Program-made: the position numbers and the translations under genes | The notes under the pieces: model-generated | Told to the model about the DNA's origin: nothing | Databases searched by the model: none | What the model saw: only the letters and a program-made list of their open reading frames with translations | DNA from: an uncultured Methanoregulaceae archaeon | GTDB taxonomy: Archaea; Halobacteriota; Methanomicrobia; Methanomicrobiales; Methanospirillaceae | Assembly (NCBI GenBank): GCA_963701095.1 | Contig: OY969564.1 | Location: 864,001-928,000 of the forward strand | DNA length: 64,000 bases | Direction of reading: 5' to 3' | Shown: positions 10,508 through 21,304 of the stretch, piece after piece | Position numbering within the stretch: position 1 is the stretch's first letter | Layout of the letters: the number at the start of each line of letters is the position of its first letter

Positions 10508-11277
10508 AGGAAAAACTCCGTAAAGACAGAAAGGCTTTTCTTTGCTTCTTCGATGGAACGGCCTTCGATTACGATCACGCCATTGTACCTGGCAGCGATC
10601 CCCCTTCCTACACTCTTCCAGTCAATCGTCCCGGCCCCAAGAGGGAGATGCTCATCGGAAACCCCGTGGTTGTCATGGATATGGATATGGTTTGCCAACC
10701 CGACATTTTCAAGGAATTCAGGCACCTTGCCAACAGTGTTGGCATGCCCGAAATCGAACGTAAGCCCGATCCCTTCAATTCCCCCGGCCATACCCATGAG
10801 TTCTCCGGCATCCCGGCACAGGAATTCTTTCTGGCTGATCATGTTTTCCAGGCAGGCAAGAACCCCATACTCCACAGCGCATTTTCCGATCCGGCGCAGC
10901 GCTTCTTTCTGGAGTTCCCAGACTTTCTGAGGCAGGAGTTTACTGGCCGGGGCCATATACCCCGGGTGTATCGTAACACGATCCGTAAGGTCGCCTGCAT
11001 GCTCAATGCACACTTCAATCTGCCGGATAGATTCCCGCCAGATAGGATCGTTCAGGGTTGCGAGGTTAAGATCCCCGTACGGAGCGTGTACGGTTATCCC
11101 AAGCCCGGTGCTTGCGATTACTTCACGTATTTTTTCGAGGTTTCCCGGCTGTTCGAGCCGATAATTGCCATCCGCGACAATTTCCCATCCCGCATACCCG
11201 GCCTCCTCGATACCGTATACCCACTGGATATTATCCCAGACTTTTGCCGACGAAGAAAAATAGGGGCTAAGGTTCAT
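10504..11277 (-). CDS. Sugar phosphate isomerase/epimerase / AP endonuclease 2 family TIM-barrel protein
   Basis: HAP..DLNLA, IHPG, LENM, FDFGHA, HIHDNHG..DEHLPLG.G.IDW. Confidence 0.88.
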   Translation of the reverse strand: MNLSPYFSSSAKVWDNIQWVYGIEEAGYAGWEIVADGNYRLEQPGNLEKIREVIASTGLGITVHAPYGDLNLATLNDPIWRESIRQIEVCIEHAGDLTDRVTIHPGYMAPASKLLPQKVWELQKEALRRIGKCAVEYGVLACLENMISQKEFLCRDAGELMGMAGGIEGIGLTFDFGHANTVGKVPEFLENVGLANHIHIHDNHGVSDEHLPLGAGTIDWKSVGRGIAARYNGVIVIEGRSIEEAKKSLSVFTEFFL

Positions 11278-11822
11278 GCACCGCGCTCCATGCCCCGTAT
11301 CAGTTCAGTAACCCGGGCGGTGAACTCTTCAAGAGTACCGTTGTTGTTGATCCTGATATCAGCCATTTTCAGCGCATGTCCAAGACCCCATCCGAGCTCT
11401 CGCTTGTCCCGGGTCAAAAGCCCTTCTGCAGATCCCACATCATCGCTGCGCTTTCTCTCGCGCAGGCGTTCCAGCCGTTTGGGAAATGAGGTTTCAATAG
11501 CAACAAGGTGAAAACCCGGGAACTGTTTCCGGAAAACCCTGACTTCCGCATCGCCCCGGATACCGTCTACCAGAACCAGCGGGGCATTTCGTTCCTTAAT
11601 TGCATCAACACACAGGTATGCTATAGCGTCCATACCGCGTTCGGCACGCAGCCGGTTTGCCATGGCGCCAAGGTTTTCGTCAGTCGGGGGAAGGCCTGCT
11701 TTTTTTACGGCATTTCGTATTACGTCACCCATGACAACGACCGGGATCCCAATCCCTTCTGCTATTTTTGAGAACTCTCCTTTACCGCTTGCGGGAAGCC
11801 CGACAACGCCGATCGCTTTCAT
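11274..11822 (-). CDS. Archaeal dephospho-CoA-kinase-like P-loop kinase
   Basis: GLPASGKG Walker A, MGDVIR, VDGIR, R.R.DD, RD.REL.WG. Confidence 0.8.
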   Translation of the reverse strand: MKAIGVVGLPASGKGEFSKIAEGIGIPVVVMGDVIRNAVKKAGLPPTDENLGAMANRLRAERGMDAIAYLCVDAIKERNAPLVLVDGIRGDAEVRVFRKQFPGFHLVAIETSFPKRLERLRERKRSDDVGSAEGLLTRDKRELGWGLGHALKMADIRINNNGTLEEFTARVTELIRGMERGA

Positions 11823-12637
11823 AGAAGATACTTCCGGGTATAGGTCATCTCGCCAATATCGCGGGTCCGGATCCGGACATCCCGTTTCAGCCCGTCTGCA
11901 ATTTTCTGGATTTCTGCTAACGTCATAGGTGTGTACTGCTTAATGGTATTCCATTTTTGAGTTTGTGTGATATAAGAAGAGGTATTGGTGACCCCTCCCT
12001 TGAGCATCGGCATTTTGTGCTCACCCTGCTGGAGGACGAGCGGGATATCCCCGATTGTTTTTGAAATCTCCTGTAAGTATTTCACATTCTCATAAAATAC
12101 GGTTACTACAACTTCGAGTTCAGGAAGGATCTTTTCCCGGTACGCTTTTCCTGCGATTTCTATCGATCGTAAAACATTCATCCGGTAATTCGAAAGGGAC
12201 GGTTCACTGCCGTTCACCACGCAGGAATACCCCTCCCATTGCGTCTTATAATCGATCGCGATCTTGTCTATTACTCGTTCATTTACGAGCGTTTCGATCG
12301 TATCAGGAAAAATACCATTTGTCTGGATACCAGTGGCAAGACCGAGACTTTTTGCCGCACGGGCGAGCGCAAGGAGCGGATCCTTCTGCATCGTGGGCTC
12401 TCCTCCGGAAAATATAACGCCGCTCACCGCCAGTTTCGAACTTTTGATAAGCGAGATAATTTCGTCAATCCTTCGAAAATCCTCCCCATCAAAAATCGAC
12501 GAGTTCTGGCAGTACGAACACCGAAGAGGGCAGCCCCGGAAAAAAACCGTGCATACAGATCTCCCCCGCCAGTCTACGGTAGAAAGCGGGATAAACCCAC
12601 CAAAATTCACCCTGATACCATCACCGTTAGGGATCAT
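11819..12637 (-). CDS. Radical SAM protein, anaerobic ribonucleotide reductase activating-protein family
   Basis: STVDWRG, GCPLRCSYCQN (CxxxCxxC), SGGEPT, TNG. Confidence 0.85.
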   Translation of the reverse strand: MIPNGDGIRVNFGGFIPLSTVDWRGRSVCTVFFRGCPLRCSYCQNSSIFDGEDFRRIDEIISLIKSSKLAVSGVIFSGGEPTMQKDPLLALARAAKSLGLATGIQTNGIFPDTIETLVNERVIDKIAIDYKTQWEGYSCVVNGSEPSLSNYRMNVLRSIEIAGKAYREKILPELEVVVTVFYENVKYLQEISKTIGDIPLVLQQGEHKMPMLKGGVTNTSSYITQTQKWNTIKQYTPMTLAEIQKIADGLKRDVRIRTRDIGEMTYTRKYLL

Positions 12638-13236
12638 TTTGAGACGGGATTATATAGTATTCGTGGTCTTTGTTCCTGCACGTGAATAATACCGGACTCT
12701 GTCAGGATCCTGTCCATCCTGATGTCGGTAGCTTCCCCGGGAACTTCCGGCATTTCCTGACAGGCAAACGCTACGCCAATTGTTTTTACATGGGGATGGG
12801 AGGCAAGGAACCGGTCATAATACCCTGCACCGTACCCAAGCCGGTTGCCCTGACGATCAAAAGCAAGAAGCGGGATAATCGCAATCCCGATTTCATCCGG
12901 TCGTGCCGGGATTTCGCAGCCGACCGGTTCCGGGACGCAGAATGTACTCTCTACAAGCACGGAAGGGTCCTCAAGGTACAAAAGCCGGAGGCTTGTAGTC
13001 TCGCGCTCTATGACAGGAACAATAACCCGGGTCCCGCGGACAAGAAGACGCGAAACTAGCAGTTCCGTGTCGACTTCAGGTGGCTTTGCGATATATACCA
13101 TGACAGGTCCGGTACCGTCAAGGAGGGAAAGTAACGCAGCACAGATGCAGCTGCTTTTTTCTGCCCGTTCCTGCGGGGTCAGTGCCAGGCGCCGCTGTTT
13201 TACTTCGGCACGTATTTCCTGCTTGGTCTTTGCCAT
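12634..13236 (-). CDS. 5-formyltetrahydrofolate cyclo-ligase
   Basis: K..IR N-terminus, EVDT, P.LAFDRQGNRLGYGAGYYDRFL, D.RMD.I.TE. Confidence 0.92.
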   Translation of the reverse strand: MAKTKQEIRAEVKQRRLALTPQERAEKSSCICAALLSLLDGTGPVMVYIAKPPEVDTELLVSRLLVRGTRVIVPVIERETTSLRLLYLEDPSVLVESTFCVPEPVGCEIPARPDEIGIAIIPLLAFDRQGNRLGYGAGYYDRFLASHPHVKTIGVAFACQEMPEVPGEATDIRMDRILTESGIIHVQEQRPRILYNPVSK

Positions 13237-13343
13237 TTCTTTAGTCCCGTACCTCGTACCGTTTGTATAGAACCCCGGATCGCATAATCCTGCCTGCGTA
13301 TCGGTTTAAAATGTACCGGGATAAAAAGAGGGGAGAAGATAGG

Positions 13344-14622
13344 TCAGAACTTAAAATACCGGTTGACGATCTTAATGGCACAGAAGTCACCGCACATCGT
13401 GCACCCGTCAGTGTCGGCCGGCATGCGTTCTGACCGGATCTGCTGTGCCCGTGCCGGGTTCATGGCAACAGCAAACTGGCGATTCCAGTCAAGATCGCGC
13501 CTGGCATGGCCCATTTCAAGGTCTGCTGCCCGGGTCTTCTTGAGCTTGACCATATCGCCGACATGCGCAGCGATCCGCGAACTCATGACACCCTCGTATA
13601 CCTCTGCTGGTGTGGGAAGGGCAAGGTGTTCGGCAGGTGTGACGTAGCAAATGAAATCGGCGCCCAAGGAGGAAGAAATTGCGGCACCGATAGCGGCGAC
13701 CCGGTCATCATACCCCGGTGCAATGTCAGTCACGATCGGCCCAAGCATATAGAATGGCTTGTTATTGGTGACCCGTTTCATGAGCTGGACGTTGGTTGCG
13801 ATCTCGTCAATCGGCACATGGCCGGGACCTTCGACGATGACCTGCACGTCTTTTGCATGTGCCTTATCTGCGAGTTCAGCGTTGATGAGCAGTTCCTGGA
13901 TCCCGGCCCGGTCGGTCGCATCGTGGATTGCTCCAGCACGCATGCCGTTACCCATAGAGAGCGTGACTTCATGCTCCTTCATGATTTCCAGGAGATAATC
14001 GAATTCTGAATAAAGGGGGTTCTCTTTCTCGTTATGGAGCATCCACGCCGTCATGAATGCCCCGCCCCGGGAAACAAGCCCCGCATGCCGGCCCTGGTTC
14101 CTCAGTCGCTTGACAGTCTCCCAGTTGATACCGGTATGGATCGCCATGAAATTCAGTACCAAGTTTTGCCTGTTCTGCCGTGATGCGGAAGAGGTCGTCC
14201 TCTTTCATATGAATGACAGCGCCGTCCTTTTTGACAGCTTCGATAAATGCCTGGTAAAGAGGAACGCTCCCGACAGAAAGAGTGGTATTGGCAATAATCT
14301 GTTTTCGTATCTCGGCAAAGTCCCCACCGGTCGAAAGTTCCATCAGGGTATCGGCACCGGCCAATTCGGCCTGCCGCGCTTTCTCGATTTCTTCAGGAAT
14401 ATTGACAATATCGGTAGAAGTCCCGATCGAGGCATTCACCTTGGTGCGCAGACCTTCCCCGATACCGCATATTTTGACTTTCCGGTACGGTGAGACCGGG
14501 ATCACAATGTGGCCTTCAGCAACGCTGCGCCGGACAAAATCTTCGGTGACTCCTTCTTGTGCTGCGACCATCTTCATTTCATCTGTTACGATGCCGCGTT
14601 TGGCATCAGCAATAATACTCAT
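13344..14622 (-). CDS. thiC: Phosphomethylpyrimidine synthase ThiC (1-base frameshift at about 14155)
   Basis: [46 protein letters not shown]; the two ORFs join as AKLGT-NFMAIH. Confidence 0.95.
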
Positions 14623-14837
14623 ACCTTAGCAGTACCGCAAAGGAACAAAATAAAGGCTCGTTTTTACATTTCTGGACTAAATCTGGCTTGTTATGGAAAC
14701 AAGTAAACTTGCGTTTAGAAAAATAAGGCGTTGTTACTGTCAGGAAACACACCGGGATCTCTCACGGACTGCCACGACGGGTATTTTTATAGGCAGCCAC
14801 GCTAAACCAAAGGAATGAAAAGCGTTTTGGGGCTTTC

Positions 14838-17254
14838 ATGGCAGAGACAGATTTTTTTGAGGTAACCGTCAAAGAGGCAGCACATAACGATGCCGGTCGC
14901 GGTATCGCACGGCTCAGCGTCGATGTGATGAAGAAACTGGGGCTTGTATCCGGGGACGTCATAGAGATTGTGGGTAAACGAAATGCTGCAGCAATTGTCT
15001 GGCCGGGAACTGCTGAGGACATCGGTTTTGGCATCCTTCGGATCGACGGGAGCATCAGGACAAACGCAAGTGCCGGAATCGACGAGAAAGTGAAGATCCG
15101 GAAATCAGAGGCCGTGTATGCCACAAAGGTGGTCATCCAGCCGGCCCAGCAGACCCGGCTTGTCGGAGGGGAGCAGTACCTTTCCCGAGTCCTTCGGGAC
15201 GCTCAGTCGTCGAAGGCCAGACGCTGCGTGTCGATATCATCGGTAACTCGGTCACGTTCGTTATTGTCCGCGTATCTCCGCGTGCCATCGCCATTGTCTC
15301 TGACGATACGCAGATCGAACTCAAGGAAGAACCATTCAACCCCGATGAGGGGAAACGGGAGATCTCCACGATCCAGTACGAGGATATCGGCGGCCTCGAG
15401 CGTAAGCTCCAGCTTGTCCGGGAAATGATCGAACTTCCGTTGCGCCACCCGGAGATCTTCGAGAAGCTGGGGATCAAACCGCCCAAAGGAGTCCTGTTCT
15501 ACGGTCCTCCGGGGACCGGAAAGACCCTTATCGCAAAAGCGGTCGCAAATGAGGTCGATGCTCATTTCATCACGCTTTCAGGTCCCGAGATCATGAGCAA
15601 ATTTTACGGGGACAGCGAAAAGGCCCTGCGTGACAAATTCCATAATGCCGAGGAGAATGCACCATCTATCATATTTATCGACGAGATCGACGCTATCGCT
15701 CCGAAACGTGAGGATGTACAAGGCGAGGTGGAACGCCGGATCGTGGCACAGCTGCTCGCGCTCATGGACGGTCTAGCCGGACGGGGTCAGGTAATTGTCA
15801 TTGCGGCAACGAATCTCCCCAATTCCATTGACCCGGCACTGCGCCGGGGAGGACGCTTCGACCGCGAGATCGAGATTGGCATTCCTGACAAGAGGGGAAG
15901 GCTTGAGATCTTCCAGGTGCATACCCGGGGAGTGCCGCTTGCAAAAGACGTGGATATCGCGGCCCTTGCAGAGACGACCTTTGGATTTGTCGGTGCCGAT
16001 ATCGCACTTCTGGTAAAAGAGGCGGCGATGAACGCTATCCGAAAGATCATTCCTCTTATCGATATCAACAAAGAGATCCCAAACGAGGTAATCGATCAGC
16101 TCAGGCTTACCAAGGTCGACTTCGATGCAGCCAGAAAAGTGGTCCAGCCAAGTGCACTCCGCGAGGTCCTAATCGAAGTGCCGGACGTTTCGTGGGACGA
16201 TATCGCGGGACTCGATGAGACAAAAGACACCCTTATCAAGATCATCGAAGGAAGGCTGCATTATCCCCGCATCTTTGAAAAACTGGATTACAAACCCCCA
16301 AAAGGGATCCTCCTTTTTGGCCCCCCGGGGACGGGAAAGACCTTACTTGCGAAAGGCATCGCGAGCAAACGCCAGCTCAACTTTATCTCCATAAAAGGGC
16401 CCGAGCTGCTCTCAAAAGGGGTTGGCGACTCCGAAAAGCATGTGAGGGAAGCGTTCCGGAAAGCACGGCAGTCGGCACCCTGCATCATCTTCTTTGACGA
16501 GATCGACGCCCTCTTCCCCAAGAGGGGGACAGTCAATGATTCCACACATGTCACCGAGAGCGTCTTAAGCCAGTTTCTGACCGAACTGGACGGCGTAGAA
16601 GAACTTAAAGAAGTCTTTGTCATCGGAGCGACAAACCGCCCTGACCTGCTTGACCCGGCCCTTTTACGCCCGGGCAGGCTTGAAAAACACCTGTACATTT
16701 CCCCGCCGGACGAAGAAGCCAGGAAAGCAATTCTTGCGACATACCTCAAGGGTCTTGATGGCATCCTCAGTCCGGATGTGAGTATAGACGAACTCGCAGC
16801 AACCACCCGGTTCTTTGTCGGCGCTGATCTCGAAGCGGTAGTTCGGGAGACAAAGGCTGCAGTCATCGACGAGTTGACCGGGAAGCATAGTGCCGGGGAG
16901 GCAGATGCTATGTCACTTGATAATGTCAGGATCACCCGCCGGCATTTTCAGACTGCACTGGAAAAAGTCAAAGGAACGCTCGACGGCGCAGAATTCGAAC
17001 GGTCCGAGCAGAAGTCCTGGGACCTTTTGTATGCGAAAGGAAAGCGTGAGATACTGTACCAGGCAGTGAACATGGTAAACCAGGTCGAGTACCTGAACGG
17101 GAAAAATGCAGTGGAAGTAGGAATTGTGCAACGTGCTGAAGAGTTAAGAAACCTCATTTACTGGCAGCGGCGATCGTTCGATACGATTCGTGACCGTACT
17201 GCAGAACTCCGGCAGGCACTTGAGGCATTGGTCAGGAAGAACACAGCAGCCTGA
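14838..17254 (+). CDS. cdc48: CDC48/VAT AAA+ ATPase (frameshift in G-run 15196-15198)
   Basis: N-domain DAGRGIARL; two AAA modules with GPPGTGKT and DEID; restored junction [18 protein letters not shown]...YEDIGGL. Confidence 0.92.
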
Positions 17255-17334
17255 TCGGTATTTTTTTAATGAACTTATTTTTTTAAATCCGCCCTGAAAG
17301 ATTGATATATATCCTTTTTGAGCAGGACGGTTAC

Positions 17335-17811
17335 CTACGATGGAAGGTGGGAAAGATCGACACTCCACGTCGTTTCAAACGGAATCGGGGAAGTACCCTG
17401 GTATTTGACGTCGAGTGTTGATCCCTGGGTAAGATGTTCAAGCTCTCCGGGAGGGATATAGATGGTTCCTTTCTGGGTTGATTTGTAATTAGGGGAGATC
17501 TGGCTAAAAAAGATAGCCGCGCCGGGAAAAGATTGCCCCACGGGATCATTGAATGTAGGGTAAACTGACAGGGTCATCCCCTTTGTCCCCGTATTTACCA
17601 CCGTTATCGTCACGATTATGGTCTGGTTATTCTGTATCTGTATATCATTAATTCCTGAAGTAAATGCATAATCATTACTCGCAAATTGTGCCTGCTGGTT
17701 AAGAGTGAGCGGCGGTTGTGTCGATGCAGAAGAAGGTACCCCGGCACATCCTGCTACGATTACGAGCGCAATGAGGATGGGGAGAAGGCACAGTGGTTTC
17801 ATAGTGAACAA
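17335..17811 (-). CDS. Putative lipoprotein with Ig-like domain
   Basis: Hydrophobic signal ending IVAGC; beta-rich body (VTITVVNTG). Confidence 0.7.
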   Translation of the reverse strand: MFTMKPLCLLPILIALVIVAGCAGVPSSASTQPPLTLNQQAQFASNDYAFTSGINDIQIQNNQTIIVTITVVNTGTKGMTLSVYPTFNDPVGQSFPGAAIFFSQISPNYKSTQKGTIYIPPGELEHLTQGSTLDVKYQGTSPIPFETTWSVDLSHLPS

Positions 17812-17881
17812 CTGGTTCGTTTTATTATATAGACCATAGTACGGAGGTTGTTTTCAGATGTAAATAATCCACATAATGGTT

Positions 17882-18025
17882 TTAGGCATGGGGTTTACGT
17901 CTTCTGAACCAAACGCACATGAGGGCTATAATGACGACAACGATGATAACAAATATGATGTACTGCATCACGACCGGATCCGTTTCCGTAGCAGTCCCGG
18001 CGGCGTTCGTATATATCTCAACCAT
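17882..18025 (-). CDS. 47-aa single-TM small protein (not in ORF track)
   Basis: MVEIYTNAAGTATETDPVVMQYIIFVIIVVVIIALMCVWFRRRKPHA: TM helix followed by basic stop-transfer. Confidence 0.5.
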   Translation of the reverse strand: MVEIYTNAAGTATETDPVVMQYIIFVIIVVVIIALMCVWFRRRKPHA

Positions 18026-18169
18026 TTTTATCAGGATATAATATTGTTAAATATAACTTTAACTTTTTTATTTTGATTAATTATTTACTCAACAAAAACT
18101 TCCGAAAACAGATAAATGCATTACAATAAGAGCGAAAGGGATACAAGTCCGTCTCTCAAAGAGTAGTGG

Positions 18170-18340
18170 ATGAAAAACCCACGCCAGATGATTTTTCTTA
18201 CGATAATATCCTGGGTTGGATTGATATGGGCGGCATTTCTTCTTATCGATAACACCGACTGGTTCTTTCCCGGCATCTCATTGATCGGTCTTATTCTTGC
18301 CTGTAATCTTCTCGGGATTTTTCTCTGGTTGAAAAGCTAG
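18170..18340 (+). CDS. 56-aa two-TM small protein (not in ORF track)
   Basis: MKNPRQMIFLTIISWVGLIWAAFLLIDNTDWFFPGISLIGLILACNLLGIFLWLKS. Confidence 0.5.
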   Translation: MKNPRQMIFLTIISWVGLIWAAFLLIDNTDWFFPGISLIGLILACNLLGIFLWLKS

Positions 18341-18531
18341 GATTCATTCCTGATGCAATATTAACAATTGGCACAGTTAAACCAATAATTATTTATCATA
18401 AATGGGGGAAGGATTATTCTTGGGGGATACTCTCCCGTCTGCTGACACGTTCGGGGAGCCCCCCAATGAAATTATTTCGTTGAATTATCTATAACCATTC
18501 CGAAATTTTCTTTGAATACTCCTCTTTTCAG

Positions 18532-18960
18532 TCAGAACCGTTTTTTTCTGTTCTGAGCCCCCATTTTTTCTACATTGAACCAGCCGTCGAGGCTGTAACT
18601 GAGTTCGAGCAGATGTACGATGCGCCTGTTTACATCATCTCGTTCCTTTTGGTTTTTCATCGTTTTTGCTTTTACATAAATCCCATAAAGCGCTATTATA
18701 ACGTCATCTGGTAATGTTTTAAGCCGTTCTTCAAAATGATCGATAAACATATGTTTAGACCAGGAATCTTCAAAATCCAGAGAATCGGGCTTTATATGTT
18801 CTATAAACGGCAGTTTATACTCGTTGATTAAATGATTACGCATATAGGTAATCTCAGACCGGCTGGTAAACAGTCGCCGGATGGATTTGTTAAGTTTTTC
18901 AAAGAGAGAAGGCTCACCGAATAGTTCGGAGAGAAATTGAGCCTCTTCATGCCCTTCCAT
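18532..18960 (-). CDS. Hypothetical protein
   Basis: 142 aa ATG-started ORF, TATA-like sequence upstream; no motif recognised. Confidence 0.55.
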   Translation of the reverse strand: MEGHEEAQFLSELFGEPSLFEKLNKSIRRLFTSRSEITYMRNHLINEYKLPFIEHIKPDSLDFEDSWSKHMFIDHFEERLKTLPDDVIIALYGIYVKAKTMKNQKERDDVNRRIVHLLELSYSLDGWFNVEKMGAQNRKKRF

Positions 18961-19034
18961 GTATTGTTGTTGGATTTTTATCCATAACAGTTTTCAGGAA
19001 GGGGACTTTTTATCCCGGGGAAAAGGTAACAGGG

Positions 19035-19412
19035 TTACCTAACTTGACTTTCTGCAATTCCTCCAACGATCGGAACAAGGAATTTCTCACCTGAATATGC
19101 TTTGTACATCAGGACCACCCAGAGAATAAACATAACAATCACAATCAACCATCCGATAAGGCCAAGGATCCCCCAAATACCTACTGCTGCATACGAATCG
19201 CCCCCTACAAACAGCCACCAGACAACAGACGTTAGAAGATAATAAAGGATCGTCAGGGGGAGGAAGGTTAACACCGACTGCATGGCATGGAATCTAACCG
19301 TTTTGTTATCTTTCTCAACCAGCAGGAAAATGATCCCGGTTACCCATGTAAGTACATAACACGCGGCAGACGCCACGTTCTCGTCAAGCCCAAATGTTGC
19401 CTTAACTGCCAT
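19035..19412 (-). CDS. DUF4870-like membrane protein
   Basis: GLDENVASAACY...GIIFLLVEKDN..VRFHAMQS...MYKAYSGE.F.VPIVG.IAE; start moved to ATG 19412 (GGAGTGA RBS). Confidence 0.85.
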   Translation of the reverse strand: MAVKATFGLDENVASAACYVLTWVTGIIFLLVEKDNKTVRFHAMQSVLTFLPLTILYYLLTSVVWWLFVGGDSYAAVGIWGILGLIGWLIVIVMFILWVVLMYKAYSGEKFLVPIVGGIAESQVR

Positions 19413-19648
19413 ATCTTCACTCCAATCGATGAATGAGGAACAATGGTAATTAAAAAGGTTTGGGGACATTATAAAATTTGAAAATAATGAACCGGGATAT
19501 TGCATGCAGTGGGAGCGGGATCTCTTTTACCCAAACAGTATGAGAAACTTATGTTAGTATACACTAAGAATATAATTTCGTCAGAACCAAAAAACCATTA
19601 AATATATGAGTATACCAACAAAAGACCGTCAATGAGGGTGAAACAGAC

Positions 19649-19855
19649 ATGGTCAAAATAAGGACATTATTCGCCTATATTGCGGCAATTGGTTTCTTAA
19701 TCGCGATCGGTTCACTCTTCATTTTATTGTATAATGCCCTCACAGATCAGTTTGCACCATTGGCGTATGAATTGAGTTTGCTTATCGGTGTATTCTCTTT
19801 CCTTATCTGTACGGGGTTAACCATAATAATCAGCAATATCGAGGGAGCATTTTAA
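19649..19855 (+). CDS. Small two-TM protein
   Basis: Two hydrophobic helices; GAGGGTGA RBS-like sequence. Confidence 0.6.
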   Translation: MVKIRTLFAYIAAIGFLIAIGSLFILLYNALTDQFAPLAYELSLLIGVFSFLICTGLTIIISNIEGAF

Positions 19856-19978
19856 ACAAAATATTTTTTAATTCTCTTAAAAACAGCTGCTCTTGCCCGG
19901 CATCCCCAACCACTGACATAAAACTATGATTAAATAGTATCAGGGAAATTAAGGTTTTTTATCGGTGATTTTATAACG

Positions 19979-20368
19979 ATGAATCCGGTAATTCATTTTG
20001 AAATGCCCGCGATGGATAGAAAACGGATGGCCGATTTTTATACAAATGTATTTGGCTGGCAAACACAGCAACTGGGCCCGGAGATGGGGAATTTTATTCT
20101 TGTTACGACTACCGAATCTGATGAAAACGGACCAAAGAAACCCGGCGAAATCAATGGCGGATTCTACAAGAAAACAGATGATACTTCATCGCAAACTACG
20201 ACTATAACAATTCAGGTGGATAACATTAAGGAGCATATCAGGAAAGTTGAAGCGGCTGGTGGGAAAATTTCCGGTGAGATCATGGAAATCCCGCAAATCG
20301 GCTTGTTTGCATCTTTTTTTGATACCGAGGGAAACAGAGTGAACCTGCTCCAACCCATTCATAAATGA
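19979..20368 (+). CDS. VOC (glyoxalase/bleomycin resistance) family protein
   Basis: VIHFEMPA.D..R...FY..VFGW, INGG, F.DTEGN. Confidence 0.92.
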   Translation: MNPVIHFEMPAMDRKRMADFYTNVFGWQTQQLGPEMGNFILVTTTESDENGPKKPGEINGGFYKKTDDTSSQTTTITIQVDNIKEHIRKVEAAGGKISGEIMEIPQIGLFASFFDTEGNRVNLLQPIHK

Positions 20369-20581
20369 AAAATTTTACTTTAGAGCATGGGAAAATACGG
20401 CCCTCTGAATTCTCGAAAAATTGAGTTCTTTCACCAGAACTTCCCGTGAAATGCGGCTATATGAATTGACGGTAAGGAGAAAAAAGAGGACGTTGATAAT
20501 GTATTAGGGCTTTGCATAATCCTCACCTTGCCAGAACCCGATTTCTTTTTTATTAAAGGTCACACCTCTTCAAAATTACTC

Positions 20582-20614
20582 TGCAAGGCAACACTGCCTT
20601 GCATGTGCTTATTA
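20582..20614 (+). promoter_or_regulatory. Perfect inverted repeat TGCAAGGCA-N4-TGCCTTGCA immediately upstream of a TATA-like TTATTA
   Basis: Directly visible; degenerate copy with identical spacing at 21341-21373. Confidence 0.6.
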
Positions 20615-20656
20615 TCATGAATCAATCAGGAGTATCCATTCACGGAAGGTGAGTTT

Positions 20657-21304
20657 ATGAAAAGTATATTAATGGCAGGATTTGTTTTGGTGGTACTCCT
20701 CGCGTCTGTCGGGGTGGTTTCCGCAAACCTTGTAACGAATGGTGGATTTGAAACACCGGTAGCTGCACATCCATGGACTACGCTCTTTACCGGAAACGGA
20801 TTGACCGGCTGGACTATTACTTCCGGTAGTATCGATCTCATCAATGGATACTGGCAGCCTCATTTGGGGAGCCAGTCAATTGATCTTTCTGGAAATTCAC
20901 CGGGAATGATCAGCCAGAACATCAGTACCGTGGCCGGTGGAAAATACGACCTCACGTTCTGGATGGCGGGGAACCCGGATATTCAGGAAGTCAAGACACT
21001 CGGCGTATTCTGGGATGGAGTGGAACTCAGCCCAACGTATACGTTTGACTCAACAGGTCATTCCTATACGAATATGGGATGGAAAGAAGTTACCATACCC
21101 GGTCTTCAGGCAACCGGTACTTCAACAGAAATCGGATTCCTTGATATTCAAGCCCAGAATGATCCCTGCGGTGTAACTCTCGATGATATCTCTGTTGTAC
21201 CTTCTCAAACAAACCCGGCCCCGGAGTTTCCCGGAATCGCAGCACCGGTAATCTCGCTCGTCGGGTTATTGGGAGCGATTTTCTATGTCAGGAGAATGAA
21301 ATAA
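20657..21304 (+). CDS. Choice-of-anchor C / DUF642-like secreted protein with PEF-CTERM sorting signal
   Basis: Signal peptide; NLVTNGGFE, GW.I.SGSID, SIDLSG, MAGNPD, LDDISV; C-terminal PEFP + TM + RRMK. Confidence 0.85.
   Translation: MKSILMAGFVLVVLLASVGVVSANLVTNGGFETPVAAHPWTTLFTGNGLTGWTITSGSIDLINGYWQPHLGSQSIDLSGNSPGMISQNISTVAGGKYDLTFWMAGNPDIQEVKTLGVFWDGVELSPTYTFDSTGHSYTNMGWKEVTIPGLQATGTSTEIGFLDIQAQNDPCGVTLDDISVVPSQTNPAPEFPGIAAPVISLVGLLGAIFYVRRMK

Noticed and set aside
14623..14837. TPP riboswitch upstream of thiC
   Set aside because: The conserved CUGAGA / ACCUG core is not present.
10031..15428. Programmed frameshifting or true pseudogenes for rnz, thiC and cdc48
   Set aside because: No common slippery motif, mixed +1 and -1 shifts, conserved halves, and the same pattern across unrelated genes point to sequencing error.
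17876..18076. 66-aa plus-strand ORF
   Set aside because: Its Asp/Asn run is the antisense of a TM helix; the minus-strand 47-aa ORF is more plausible.
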